The notes under the pieces are model-generated. The model was not told the origin of the DNA. It did no database searches and saw only the letters and a program-made list of their open reading frames with translations. Below are positions 1 through 9,051 of a stretch of 64,000 nt of DNA, in pieces. Origin of the DNA: Trueperaceae bacterium (lineage in GTDB: Bacteria > Deinococcota > Deinococci > Deinococcales > Trueperaceae). The stretch is taken from contig OZ243913.1 in NCBI GenBank assembly GCA_965213705.1, forward strand, positions 1,056,001 to 1,120,000, given 5' to 3'. Within the stretch, counting starts at the first letter, position 1. Every line of letters begins with the position of its first letter. The translations under genes and the position numbers were made by a program.

Positions 1-266
1 GTCTCCATCACGTCAAAGCCGGACAGGTGGGGCATGTTCAGGTCTAAGAGCAGCAAGTCGGGTCGCAACACCTCGAACTGTTCGGCGCTGCGGCGCGGGT
101 CTTGCTCGGTGGTGACGTGCGTAAAGCCCTCGCGTTTTAGAATGGAGCGCAGGATGAGCACTTGCGCGTCGTCGTCGTCGACGATGAGGATTTTCATGTC
201 CCTGAGGGCCGGGAAATCGTCCACGCGCGAAAGCGAAGGACTGGAAAACTGCGTCAAAGCGTCCAC
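1..266 (-). CDS. Response regulator receiver-domain protein (N-terminal part; runs off window start)
   Basis: Own translation of minus strand: MKILIVDDDDAQVLILRSILKREGF...PDLLLLDLNMPHLSGFDVME (REC acidic pocket and phospho-Asp). GTG at 266 with AAGGAG RBS; alternative ATG at 197. Not in ORF track. Confidence 0.85.
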   Translation of the reverse strand, partial: MDALTQFSSPSLSRVDDFPALRDMKILIVDDDDAQVLILRSILKREGFTHVTTEQDPRRSAEQFEVLRPDLLLLDLNMPHLSGFDVME

Positions 267-479
267 AACGTCTCCTTTAAGTTTGTAAAGCTGGCAGGGG
301 AAAGGAAACGCCTTGCAGAGCATCCCCTGTCGCGCCTTTTGGCCGCCTGCACCGTTTGCCCCGACTCGAGCGCTTGCGTTGTGAGCCGAGGTTTCAGGTT
401 CCTGCGCTCACGTTCGAAACTGGGTTCGGACCTGAACACTTTAAGATTAGCAGGTGCTCCTTACAAAATTCTTACCGTC

Positions 480-1856
480 TCACGCAGCCAGCGCGTCTTT
501 GAACTCGCCGACCAGCGTGGACAGCGTGGCCTTGGCATCGCCAAAAAGCATACGGGTATTTTCTTTGAAAAACAGGGGATTTTCGACACCTGAAAAGCCG
601 GGCTTGAGGCTCCGTTTGAGGACGAACACGGTCCTGGCGTTGTCCACGTTGATGATGGGCATTCCGTAAAGTGGGCTACCCGCGTCCTCGCGCGCAGCCG
701 GGTTGACCACGTCGTTCGCGCCGATGACGATGGCGACATCGACCGCGTCCATCGTTGGGTTGACGTCGTCGGGCTCAACGAGCGCTTCGTAGGGCACGTT
801 GGCCTCGGCGAGGAGCACGTTCATGTGGCCCGGCATCCGCCCGGCGACCGGGTGAATCGCGTAACGCACCTCGGCCCCGTTGGCTTCGAGTAAGTCGGCG
901 AGTTCGCGCACCATGTGCTGCGCCTGCGCCACGGCCATGCCGTAGCCGGGCACGAAGATGACGCTGTTGGCGGCTTCCAGCAGATAGTAAGCGTCCTCGG
1001 CGGAAATCGCCTTGGCTTCGCCCTCGACTTTCAAGCTGCTCGAGGCCGTCACCGCCCCAAAGCCGCTGAAAAGCACGTTGGCGAGCGAGCGGTTCATCGC
1101 CTTGCACATGATGTTGGTCAAAATCAGCCCCGACGCCCCGACGAGCGAGCCCGCGACGATTAACACGTTGTTGCCGATGATAAAGCCCGCCATACTCGCC
1201 GCCAGCCCCGAGTAACTGTTGAGCAGCGACACCACGATGGGCATGTCCGCCCCGCCGATGGGAACGACCGCCAGCACCCCCAGACAAAGCGCGATGAGGA
1301 TGGCGAGAACGAACAGAAGATACACGCTGCCCGGCGCAAGGGCGAAAATAATTCCGATGAGGAGCGCCCCGCCGAGCAGCGCTGCGTTGACGAGCTGCTG
1401 GTTGTTAAATTGAATGGGTTTGCCTTCCAGCCGCCCCGACAGCTTGCCGAAAGCGACCAGGCTGCCCGTAAAGGTCACGCCGCCTATCAAAACCGCCAAA
1501 AAGATAGCGACGGCGGTAAACGCGTCGGTCTGCGGCGCGCGCTGGTACTCGGCCCAGCCGACGAGCAGACTCGCCAAGCCGCCCGAGCCGTTCAGGAGCG
1601 CCACCATCTCGGGCATCTGCGTCATCTGCACCGTGCGCGCGGCGACCACGCCGATAACCGCGCCGACGGCGAGACCCACAAAAATCCAGGTGTAAGCCAG
1701 CCCGCTCACCGACAGCGTCACAACAATCGCCAGCAGCATCCCAGCGGCTGAGACGAGGTTGCCACGCCGCGCGGTTTCGGCGCGACCCAGCATCTTCAAG
1801 CCGTAGATAAACAGCACCGAGGCGACGATGTAGGCGATGTTGACGAAGACGCTCAC
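480..1856 (-). CDS. pntB: NAD(P) transhydrogenase subunit beta
   Basis: TQMPEMVALLNG, GGADMP, PGYGMAVAQAQ, HPVAGRMPGHMNVLLAEA motifs. Confidence 0.97.
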   Translation of the reverse strand: MSVFVNIAYIVASVLFIYGLKMLGRAETARRGNLVSAAGMLLAIVVTLSVSGLAYTWIFVGLAVGAVIGVVAARTVQMTQMPEMVALLNGSGGLASLLVGWAEYQRAPQTDAFTAVAIFLAVLIGGVTFTGSLVAFGKLSGRLEGKPIQFNNQQLVNAALLGGALLIGIIFALAPGSVYLLFVLAILIALCLGVLAVVPIGGADMPIVVSLLNSYSGLAASMAGFIIGNNVLIVAGSLVGASGLILTNIMCKAMNRSLANVLFSGFGAVTASSSLKVEGEAKAISAEDAYYLLEAANSVIFVPGYGMAVAQAQHMVRELADLLEANGAEVRYAIHPVAGRMPGHMNVLLAEANVPYEALVEPDDVNPTMDAVDVAIVIGANDVVNPAAREDAGSPLYGMPIINVDNARTVFVLKRSLKPGFSGVENPLFFKENTRMLFGDAKATLSTLVGEFKDALAA

Positions 1857-2128
1857 TTTTTACCCGTCTTGAACATGCCCAGCATCCGGTCGGTGACGAG
1901 GTAGCCGCCGACCACGTTGATGGTCGCGAAAATGACCGCCAACGTTCCTAAAAACGTCCCGAACGGCCCGCCGATGCCCGCCGCGATGATGGCACCCACA
2001 ATCGTAATCCCCGAAATCGCGTTCGAGCCCGACATGAGTGGGGTGTGGAGTTGCGACGGCACCTTTTTGATGAGTTCGACGCCCAAGAAAATCGCCAGCA
2101 CGAAGATGAACACCAGTAGGATTATCAC
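1853..2128 (-). CDS. pntAB: NAD(P) transhydrogenase subunit alpha part 2 (membrane)
   Basis: LHTPLMSGSNAISG, NVVGGYLVTDRML; 4-bp overlaps with neighbours. Confidence 0.95.
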   Translation of the reverse strand: MIILLVFIFVLAIFLGVELIKKVPSQLHTPLMSGSNAISGITIVGAIIAAGIGGPFGTFLGTLAVIFATINVVGGYLVTDRMLGMFKTGKK

Positions 2129-3261
2129 GCTTGTCCCTCCACGACTGCGCGTATGCGCTCGTCCCGAATCTCGCCACCGTGCGTCAGCAAGACGCTTTTT
2201 ACAATCTCGTCTTCCGTGTTCAGCTCGAGCCGACCCGTTTCCTTGTTCCAGGCGTGCTCCAACAAGTTTGCCACGTTGCTCGCGTACATCTGCGAGGCGT
2301 CGCGGGCGACCTCGCCGGGAAAGTTGCTCATCCCGACGACGCGCACGCCGTCCACCGTCACCGTTTCGTCGGGGACGGTGCCTTCGACGTTGCCGCCGGT
2401 CGAGGCGGCCAAATCCACCACCACGCTGCCCGGTCGCATCCCGGCGACCATCTCTTTAGACACGATGCGCGGCGCAGCCCGCCCGAACACCTGCGCCGTG
2501 GTGATGACGATGTCCGACCCGGCGATGACTTTCGCCATGCCCTGCCGTTGCCGCTCTAACTGCTCTTCGGTGAGGGCTTTCGCGTAACCCTGTTCGGTCT
2601 GGCCGGTCTCGCCCACGTCGATTTTGACGAACTTCGCACCCAGGGACTGCACCTGTTCCTCGACGACGGGCCGCGTGTCGAACGCCTCGACCCGCGCGCC
2701 GAGGCGTTTGGCGGTGGCGATGGCCTGCAAACCCGCCACGCCCGCGCCGATGACGAACACCCGCGCCGGCGGAATCGTCCCGGCGGGCGTGCTCATCATC
2801 GGGAACGCCTTGGGCAGCGCGTCGGCCGCCTTGACGACGGCGACGTAACCGGCTAGGGAGGCTTGGCTCGAGAGCGCGTCCATCTTCTGCGCGTAGGTCG
2901 TGCGCGGCACGAGTTCCATGCAGAGCGCACTGACGCCCTTCTCGGCAAGTTTTTTGACGAGCGGGCCGTTTTGGAAGGGCTCCAAAAAACTCACCAGAAC
3001 GGTGTTTTCTTTCAAGTCAGAAATCAACTCAGCGTTCGGTTTGCCCAACAGAACGACGACGTCGGCCCGACTCAAGTTGGGCTCGTCCACCAGCGTCGCG
3101 CCCGCCTTGGCATAGTCCGCGTCCGCAAAGCCGAGCGCCGCGCCGTAGCCCTTTGGAACTTCCACGCCAGCGCCGAGCCCGACAAGTTTCTGTGCGGCCT
3201 GCGGCGTTACGGCGACGCGCGCTTCTTCGGGGTCGGCTTCTCTCGCAACGACGATGTTCAT
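2125..3261 (-). CDS. pntAA: NAD(P) transhydrogenase subunit alpha part 1 (soluble dI)
   Basis: MDALSSQASLAGY, GAGVAGLQAIATAKRLGA, ETGQTEQGYAK. Confidence 0.95.
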   Translation of the reverse strand: MNIVVAREADPEEARVAVTPQAAQKLVGLGAGVEVPKGYGAALGFADADYAKAGATLVDEPNLSRADVVVLLGKPNAELISDLKENTVLVSFLEPFQNGPLVKKLAEKGVSALCMELVPRTTYAQKMDALSSQASLAGYVAVVKAADALPKAFPMMSTPAGTIPPARVFVIGAGVAGLQAIATAKRLGARVEAFDTRPVVEEQVQSLGAKFVKIDVGETGQTEQGYAKALTEEQLERQRQGMAKVIAGSDIVITTAQVFGRAAPRIVSKEMVAGMRPGSVVVDLAASTGGNVEGTVPDETVTVDGVRVVGMSNFPGEVARDASQMYASNVANLLEHAWNKETGRLELNTEDEIVKSVLLTHGGEIRDERIRAVVEGQA

Positions 3262-3473
3262 GTGCCAAGCATCATGACATATTTGGGGTTGACTGGGTTT
3301 GAAAGTCTCGCCGCAGGGTGGGAGGCCAGGAAAGTTGAGAAGACCGAAGGGCGGGTGTTCGGTTTACCGGCCCTTTTGTTTGCTGTTTGTACCTTTGACA
3401 GCGGGTGAAGGTTCTTGCAGCAGGCTTGGCGCGTGACCGTGTTAAGCTTTTGCGAACTGGAAAGGCTTCTTTT

Positions 3474-4679
3474 ATGGCGCAACCTACCCCCGGAGGGCTC
3501 CCGTTTTTACGCAAGGTCAAGCCGAGCTACCTCGTGCTGCTCGCGCTCGCGCCGCTCGTCGTGTACCTGTTCGTTTACAACCCGGTTTACCAGAGTTCGC
3601 TGAAGTTCATCCTGCCCGGCATCCAGCTGACGCTGCTGCTCGCCGTGTTCGGCTACCTGTTGGCGGCGGTGTGGGGCCTCATTTTGGCGGGAATGCAGTT
3701 TTTGAAGCTCGGCCGGGGCACCTTGCGAACTTTTCTAGTCATAGGCGCGGGTTTCGTCCTGGTGAGCGTCGGCCTGCTGTTTTTGCCCAAAGACGACTAC
3801 GTGCTCGTCGGTGCGGCGGACGGCACGGTCGCCATCGTCCAGGGCACGCCGCGCTCGCTGAGCGACGCGGTGCGCGGCGGAACTTACCGGGAGGGCGCGC
3901 CCGAGCGCGCCTTTCGCGCCGTGCCCGACGCTGAAACGGCCCTGGACCGTATTCGCACCGGCACCTACACGGGCGCGCTCATTCCCAAGTCGGCTGTGCC
4001 GGCGGGTGAAACCGTTCTTTGGGAAACCTCGGTCACGCCGCAGCCGCGCATCAACCTGTTTTCCGGGCTGTTGGCGCTGGGCGTGTTTTTGCTGCTGCTG
4101 ACGTTCGGCGGCTGGCAGAGCGGCGAACACCCGCTGGCGATTTTTGCCGAACTTTACATCGACATTATCCGGGGCATCCCGATGCTCGTCATCATCTTGT
4201 TCATCGGCCTGGTGTTGCCGGGCGAACTCGCCAAGCTCAACATCTTGTTCGAGCCCGACAACGAATTTTTGCGCAACCTGCAGCGCGGCACCTTGGCTAT
4301 CGGCCTCGCTTACGCGGCGTACATGGCCGAGATTTTCCGCGCCGGCATCCAGGCCGTCCCGCGCGGCCAGACCGAAGCGGCGCGCACGCTCGGTTTGACG
4401 GGGTTGCAGACGGTACGCTTCATCGTCTTGCCGCAAGCCCTGCGCGTGGTGATTCCGCCCTTGGGCAACGAGTTCATCGCCATGCTCAAAGACACCGCCA
4501 TCATCTCGCTCATCGGCACCGAGGAGATGACGCGCTTGGCGCGGGCCTACGGCGCGGCGACGCTGAACAACATCCCGCCCTACAACACGGCGGCGGTGCT
4601 CTACATCGTGCTCACGTTGAGCGCCTCGAGCCTGCTGAAATGGATAGAGCGCCGCACCGGGGCGGGGGAGACGCGCTAG
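3474..4679 (+). CDS. Polar amino acid ABC transporter permease with inserted extracytoplasmic domain
   Basis: YIDIIRGIPMLV, AYMAEIFRAGIQAVPRGQTEAA (EAA loop), LPQALRVVIPPLGNEFIAMLKDT; start taken at ATG 3474. Confidence 0.88.
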   Translation: MAQPTPGGLPFLRKVKPSYLVLLALAPLVVYLFVYNPVYQSSLKFILPGIQLTLLLAVFGYLLAAVWGLILAGMQFLKLGRGTLRTFLVIGAGFVLVSVGLLFLPKDDYVLVGAADGTVAIVQGTPRSLSDAVRGGTYREGAPERAFRAVPDAETALDRIRTGTYTGALIPKSAVPAGETVLWETSVTPQPRINLFSGLLALGVFLLLLTFGGWQSGEHPLAIFAELYIDIIRGIPMLVIILFIGLVLPGELAKLNILFEPDNEFLRNLQRGTLAIGLAYAAYMAEIFRAGIQAVPRGQTEAARTLGLTGLQTVRFIVLPQALRVVIPPLGNEFIAMLKDTAIISLIGTEEMTRLARAYGAATLNNIPPYNTAAVLYIVLTLSASSLLKWIERRTGAGETR

Positions 4680-4838
4680 GTCGGGGTAATACTCGACTTT
4701 GTTGAGCGTGAACTTTGCTGAACCGGAAGTAAGAATTTAGAATTCAGGAGTCAGAAGCTGGCGACGTGAGAGGGTGCATCGTCCCGACCCTTAACGCCAC
4801 ATCGCCAATGCCACCACGCCGCTGGTGCCACCACGCCG

Positions 4839-5660
4839 TCAGTGCCACCACACCGCGAGGTTCGGGTAGTAAGCCTCGACGATGATTTGAAACAAGAAAT
4901 AGTCGACAATTAAATGAACGATCAATACCCAGACGAGGATGCGTGAGCGCTCGAACATCGCCCCCTGTGACAGCGCGAGGACGGCGATGAAAACCGGCCC
5001 CCAGCCCGTAAAGGCCATGTCGTAGAGCACGACCGTGTAGATGACCGCTTGCGCCGGGTTGGCGACGCGGTAGGGAAACAGGCTGCGCAAAATCGCGAAG
5101 CAGATGTTGATGAAAAACAGTTCGTCCCACACCCCGACCGCGTTGATGCCCATGAAGAGTTTGAACAGTTCCTCACCGTCGGGCACGCTCGGCAGCGTCC
5201 AGTTGAACCTCACCTCCGGACTGAGAATTTCCAAGTACAGCGTGAGTCCGGCCCAGGCCAGCGGCACGCTGCTCAAAGTGTAAAGAAAGTCGACAAGGTC
5301 GAAGTGCTTCGGCCACAGCTTGAAGGTGATGATGTCGGGTCGCCGCAGGATGAGGGGCGGCACCACGAGCACGGCGACCAAGGCCGAGCCCAGCTCGAGC
5401 ACGTGCCGCCAGCCCAGCCCCGTGTCCAGCGGCGCGACCGCCAAAATGCCGAGCGGGACGGCGAGTGCTAGATACTTGCGGCGGCGTTCGGAATTTTCTT
5501 GAGGAAGGACAAAACAAAAGCCGAGCGCCGCCGCCAAACCGAGCCCGACGCGCAAACTCACCGACAAGAAAAAGACGTTGCGGTCGAGCGGCAACAGCAT
5601 CACGGTGGCGAACAGCAGCAGCAACAGCGGCCACAGGGAAGGGGGTTTGGGGGTCGTCAC
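4839..5660 (-). CDS. CPBP (Abi/CAAX protease-like) intramembrane protein
   Basis: Multi-TM; WDELFF motif and late LIVHL His motif. Confidence 0.65.
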   Translation of the reverse strand: MTTPKPPSLWPLLLLLFATVMLLPLDRNVFFLSVSLRVGLGLAAALGFCFVLPQENSERRRKYLALAVPLGILAVAPLDTGLGWRHVLELGSALVAVLVVPPLILRRPDIITFKLWPKHFDLVDFLYTLSSVPLAWAGLTLYLEILSPEVRFNWTLPSVPDGEELFKLFMGINAVGVWDELFFINICFAILRSLFPYRVANPAQAVIYTVVLYDMAFTGWGPVFIAVLALSQGAMFERSRILVWVLIVHLIVDYFLFQIIVEAYYPNLAVWWH

Positions 5661-5691
5661 GCTGCAAGCATTCTAACGTGTGTCCCAAAGG

Positions 5692-5697
5692 TATCCT
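5692..5697 (+). promoter_or_regulatory. -10 element (TATCCT) of a probable leaderless alr transcript
   Basis: TATCCT 6 nt before ATG 5704, no SD sequence. Confidence 0.6.
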
Positions 5698-5703
5698 GGG
5701 ACC

Positions 5704-6783
5704 ATGCCGACCGCCACCGTCAGTCTGGACGCCCTTCGCCACAACGTGGCGCGCGTCCGCAGCCACTTACAGCCTGAAACGCAACTGCTCGCCGCCGTCA
5801 AGGCGAACGCCTACGGACACGGCGCGGTGAGGGTGGCGCGTCACTTCGCGGCCTGCGGCGTCACTCATTTCGGCGTCGCCACCGCCGGGGAAGCTTTGGA
5901 GTTGCGCGCGGGCGGCGTGACCCGGCCGATTCTCATTTTTTCGCCGGTCTACCAAAACATTCCCGAACTCGTCGACTACGGCGTAAGCTTGACCGTTGCG
6001 GATACCCACAGTTTGGACGCTGCTAAGGTGAGCGGCGTGAGGGCGAAAGTTCACCTCAAAGTCGACACCGGCATGGGCCGTTTGGGGCTGGGTTGGCGCG
6101 AGGCCGTCGAACTCGCCAAGCACGTCGACGCGGCTGAAAACCTCGTTTTAGAGGGCGTCTGGACCCACTTCGCCGCCTCGGACGACGACGACCGGACGTT
6201 TACGCTGGCTCAGCTCGAGGCCTTTACCCTCTTTTTAGAAGGTCTGCGCGAGCACGGTATCGACCCCGGACTCGTCCACGCTGCCAACTCCGCCGGAATT
6301 TTCGCCTACCCCGAGGCGCACTTCGACCTGGTGCGGCCGGGCATCGCGCTCTACGGTTACCACTCGAGCGAGGTCGTCGCCGCACTGGAAAAAGACCTGC
6401 AGCCCGCGCTGACCCTCACCGCGCCCGTGACTTTTGTAAAGCGCGTGAAAGCAGGTACGCCCGTTTCTTACAGCGGTTTGTGGCGAGCGCCGCGCGACAC
6501 CACCGTCGCCACGGTGCGCGTCGGCTACGCCGACGGTTATCCGCGGCTGCTCACGAACAAGGGCGAGGTCGGCTTCAAAGGTGAACTCAAACCCGTCGCC
6601 GGGCGCGTCTGCATGGACCAGACGATGGTGGACGTGGGCGACGCCGAAGTCGAGGTTGGCGACAGGGTCACGCTGTTCGGCCCCGGCGGGCTGGACGCGG
6701 AAACGCTCGCAGGCCGTGTGGGGACGATTTCTTACGACCTGTTGGTGTCGCTCTCGAGCCGGGTCGAGCGCGTTTACGAGTGA
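5704..6783 (+). CDS. alr: Alanine racemase
   Basis: AVKANAYGHG PLP-lysine motif, HLKVDTGMGRLG, GYADGY, GRVCMDQ. Confidence 0.97.
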   Translation: MPTATVSLDALRHNVARVRSHLQPETQLLAAVKANAYGHGAVRVARHFAACGVTHFGVATAGEALELRAGGVTRPILIFSPVYQNIPELVDYGVSLTVADTHSLDAAKVSGVRAKVHLKVDTGMGRLGLGWREAVELAKHVDAAENLVLEGVWTHFAASDDDDRTFTLAQLEAFTLFLEGLREHGIDPGLVHAANSAGIFAYPEAHFDLVRPGIALYGYHSSEVVAALEKDLQPALTLTAPVTFVKRVKAGTPVSYSGLWRAPRDTTVATVRVGYADGYPRLLTNKGEVGFKGELKPVAGRVCMDQTMVDVGDAEVEVGDRVTLFGPGGLDAETLAGRVGTISYDLLVSLSSRVERVYE

Positions 6784-7286
6784 GGTTCAGGCTCTCCCAA
6801 ACGCACCAGCAACACCGGAACTTCCAAGTGCTTGACCACGTCTTGCGCTACGCTGCCCAGCAAAAAACGGTCCAAGCCGGCGTGGGCGCGGGTCGCCATC
6901 GCCACCACGTCGACGCGTTCTCGGTTGGCGAAGTCGGCAATGCCCTTGACGGGCTCGCCGAATACCACCGTCGAGGACGCCTCGTAACCCAAGCGCGTCA
7001 GCTCGTCTACTTCCGCTTTCAGGTCTGCGGTGACTTGGGCGCGAAACTCGGCCAACTCCGCCTCGTCCTGAATCGGGTGCAGGAGGGTGGGCTCGTTGTA
7101 CATGTAAAAGCCGTAGTCCACCCCGACCATCGCCGGTTGCGCGAGCGGGGCGGCGAGCGAGGCGGTGGTGGCGATGTGAAGAAGTCTGACCCGGTACTGC
7201 TCCGGTGGAAAAAGCTCGCGCGCGACCGGCAAAATTTGCGCGCTGAAGCCGGTGTTGTCCAGCGGCAGCAGCAGCGTTTTAGCCAC
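6774..7286 (-). CDS. Universal stress protein (UspA family)
   Basis: LLLPLD, VAMAT, GLDRFLLGSVAQDVVKHLEVPVLLV. Confidence 0.9.
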   Translation of the reverse strand: MAKTLLLPLDNTGFSAQILPVARELFPPEQYRVRLLHIATTASLAAPLAQPAMVGVDYGFYMYNEPTLLHPIQDEAELAEFRAQVTADLKAEVDELTRLGYEASSTVVFGEPVKGIADFANRERVDVVAMATRAHAGLDRFLLGSVAQDVVKHLEVPVLLVRLGEPEPHS

Positions 7287-7524
7287 CGCTTTCCTGTTCG
7301 AGAATACCCAAGTCCTCGCGTCCGGGCAGGCCGTCCTCGGTGTCGGGAAACTCTTCGGTCAAGTCCCGGTCGGTGTTCTCGGGCAGCTTGATGGGCGGGT
7401 GTTCTTCCTCGCCCAGCACCGGGACGACCGGCTCCTCGCTCGGGCCGTCCAGCGGCGGCTCGTTCGGGTTGGGCAGACTGCCGGGGTCGGGTAGGTTTGC
7501 GCCGGGTTTGCGGTAGTCGCTCAT
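7279..7524 (-). CDS. Small acidic Pro-rich hypothetical protein
   Basis: AAGGAGG RBS, overlaps the USP start; likely disordered. Confidence 0.7.
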   Translation of the reverse strand: MSDYRKPGANLPDPGSLPNPNEPPLDGPSEEPVVPVLGEEEHPPIKLPENTDRDLTEEFPDTEDGLPGREDLGILEQESGG

Positions 7525-7720
7525 AAAACCTCCTTGAATAGGTCTTCAGTATGCACCGTGGACGGGGCCGAAAACGGCCTCTGTTCTACACTTTTTATAT
7601 CTACACCGTTCTACAATAGCCGCTCCCGGCCGAGCGCGTGTTGTGTTCGGCCGGGAGCGGGCTACCTTCGTTCTCTGTGTGTGCCGTCTTTGCGAAACCC
7701 GCGGGCGTTATCCTAAAGCT

Positions 7721-8224
7721 ATGCCGAACCGAGACGACCTACCCGACTTTTACGACCTCGACTTCGAAAGCACCGATTTTCGCGCCGAGCCCGACAAGTA
7801 CCGCGTCGGCCGGGGTGAGCAGGGCGTGCTGAAGGTCGAGCCCTACAAGGGCGAAATCCTGCCGCACTGGCGCTTCAAAACGCCCGAGATAGCCGAAGCG
7901 TCTTCGTCAAAAATTCTCGAGCTGTTTTACGCTTACTTGCAAGCGGACGACTTCGTCGGCGCGGACATGGCTAGAAAGTTTTTGCAGATGGGCTGGACGC
8001 GCGCCCGGCGTTACGCCAACCACAAAGGCGGCAAAAAGTACAAAGGCCCCGTGCCCGACGACAAAAAAGGCCGGAGCGGCGCGCACGGCCGCGCCGAGCT
8101 GCCGCGCGAGCAAGACCCGGTCAAGGCTGAGTCGGCCGAAATCTTTTACGAACGCTACGTCGAAGCGCGCGAAAACGAAACCTACAAACGCCTGAAAAAA
8201 GCTCACCAGGAGCGCTACGGTTGA
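7721..8224 (+). CDS. DUF4385-family protein
   Basis: YRVGRGEQGVLKVEPYKGEILPHWRFKTP, DMARKFLQMGWTRARRYANH; TATCCT-N6-ATG start. Confidence 0.8.
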   Translation: MPNRDDLPDFYDLDFESTDFRAEPDKYRVGRGEQGVLKVEPYKGEILPHWRFKTPEIAEASSSKILELFYAYLQADDFVGADMARKFLQMGWTRARRYANHKGGKKYKGPVPDDKKGRSGAHGRAELPREQDPVKAESAEIFYERYVEARENETYKRLKKAHQERYG

Positions 8225-8231
8225 GCTTTTT

Positions 8232-8966
8232 TCAGGTGAGGAGCAGCAGCGCCGCGTAAGCGGCCATGCCGAGGGCGAACGACGAAAAGCGGCTGTTGCG
8301 TTTTTCGGGCAACTCCTCTTTTAAGACGTTGAGCACCACGCCGCCCGCCAAAAAGGCGAACAAGGCGGTGACGAAAGCCTCGTTTATTTCAATGACCAGA
8401 CCCAAGCCCCAGCCGACCAACACCGCCACGGCCAGCAGCCACCGCCCTGTGTCGTGATAGCGGCGTTTGTGGTGCTCACGCAAACCGTAGTCGTTGACGA
8501 AAAAATGCAGCCCCATCGCCACGAAGTACCACAGCAGACTGATGGGCTCCGGCGTCTCGCGGTGCAGCAAAAGATAGCCGACGATGAGGTTGTAAACCCC
8601 GAACGACCCCACGTGTAGCCAGAACACGCCCGGCTCGGTACTCTCAAAAGCGTCACCGTCGTCGGGGTCGTCCGGGTCGTCCCTGCGTGAGGAGAGGGCG
8701 GCCCGCTCGAGCCCGTAAAACACCGCCAGGCCGAGCAGCGCTACCGCGTAGGCGCGCTGCTCGACAAACCCCAAAACCTCGCCCAGCACTTCGTGGCCTT
8801 CGCCCAGTTCGGGCAGCAGGTGCAAAAACACGTAAGCCACCGACGCCCCCCCCGCCGCCGAGAGCCAGCGGCTGCGCGGGATGCCGTCCAAAAAGCGGAG
8901 TTTGCCCGCGAACAGGTGAACCAGCGCGAAGCCGCAAGCGGCGAGAAAAGACAGAAGCGTTTCCAT
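8232..8966 (-). CDS. Multi-pass membrane protein, ZIP zinc-transporter-like
   Basis: 7-8 TM, FLHLLPEL, His-rich loop, KEELPE. Confidence 0.65.
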   Translation of the reverse strand: METLLSFLAACGFALVHLFAGKLRFLDGIPRSRWLSAAGGASVAYVFLHLLPELGEGHEVLGEVLGFVEQRAYAVALLGLAVFYGLERAALSSRRDDPDDPDDGDAFESTEPGVFWLHVGSFGVYNLIVGYLLLHRETPEPISLLWYFVAMGLHFFVNDYGLREHHKRRYHDTGRWLLAVAVLVGWGLGLVIEINEAFVTALFAFLAGGVVLNVLKEELPEKRNSRFSSFALGMAAYAALLLLT

Positions 8967-9051
8967 AAGCTTTAAGTTACCCCGAAAGACGCGTCTCTTT
9001 CCAACCTGCGTTTCAACTTGCCGCTTGTCTGCTCGCCTTCCACGACTCTTT

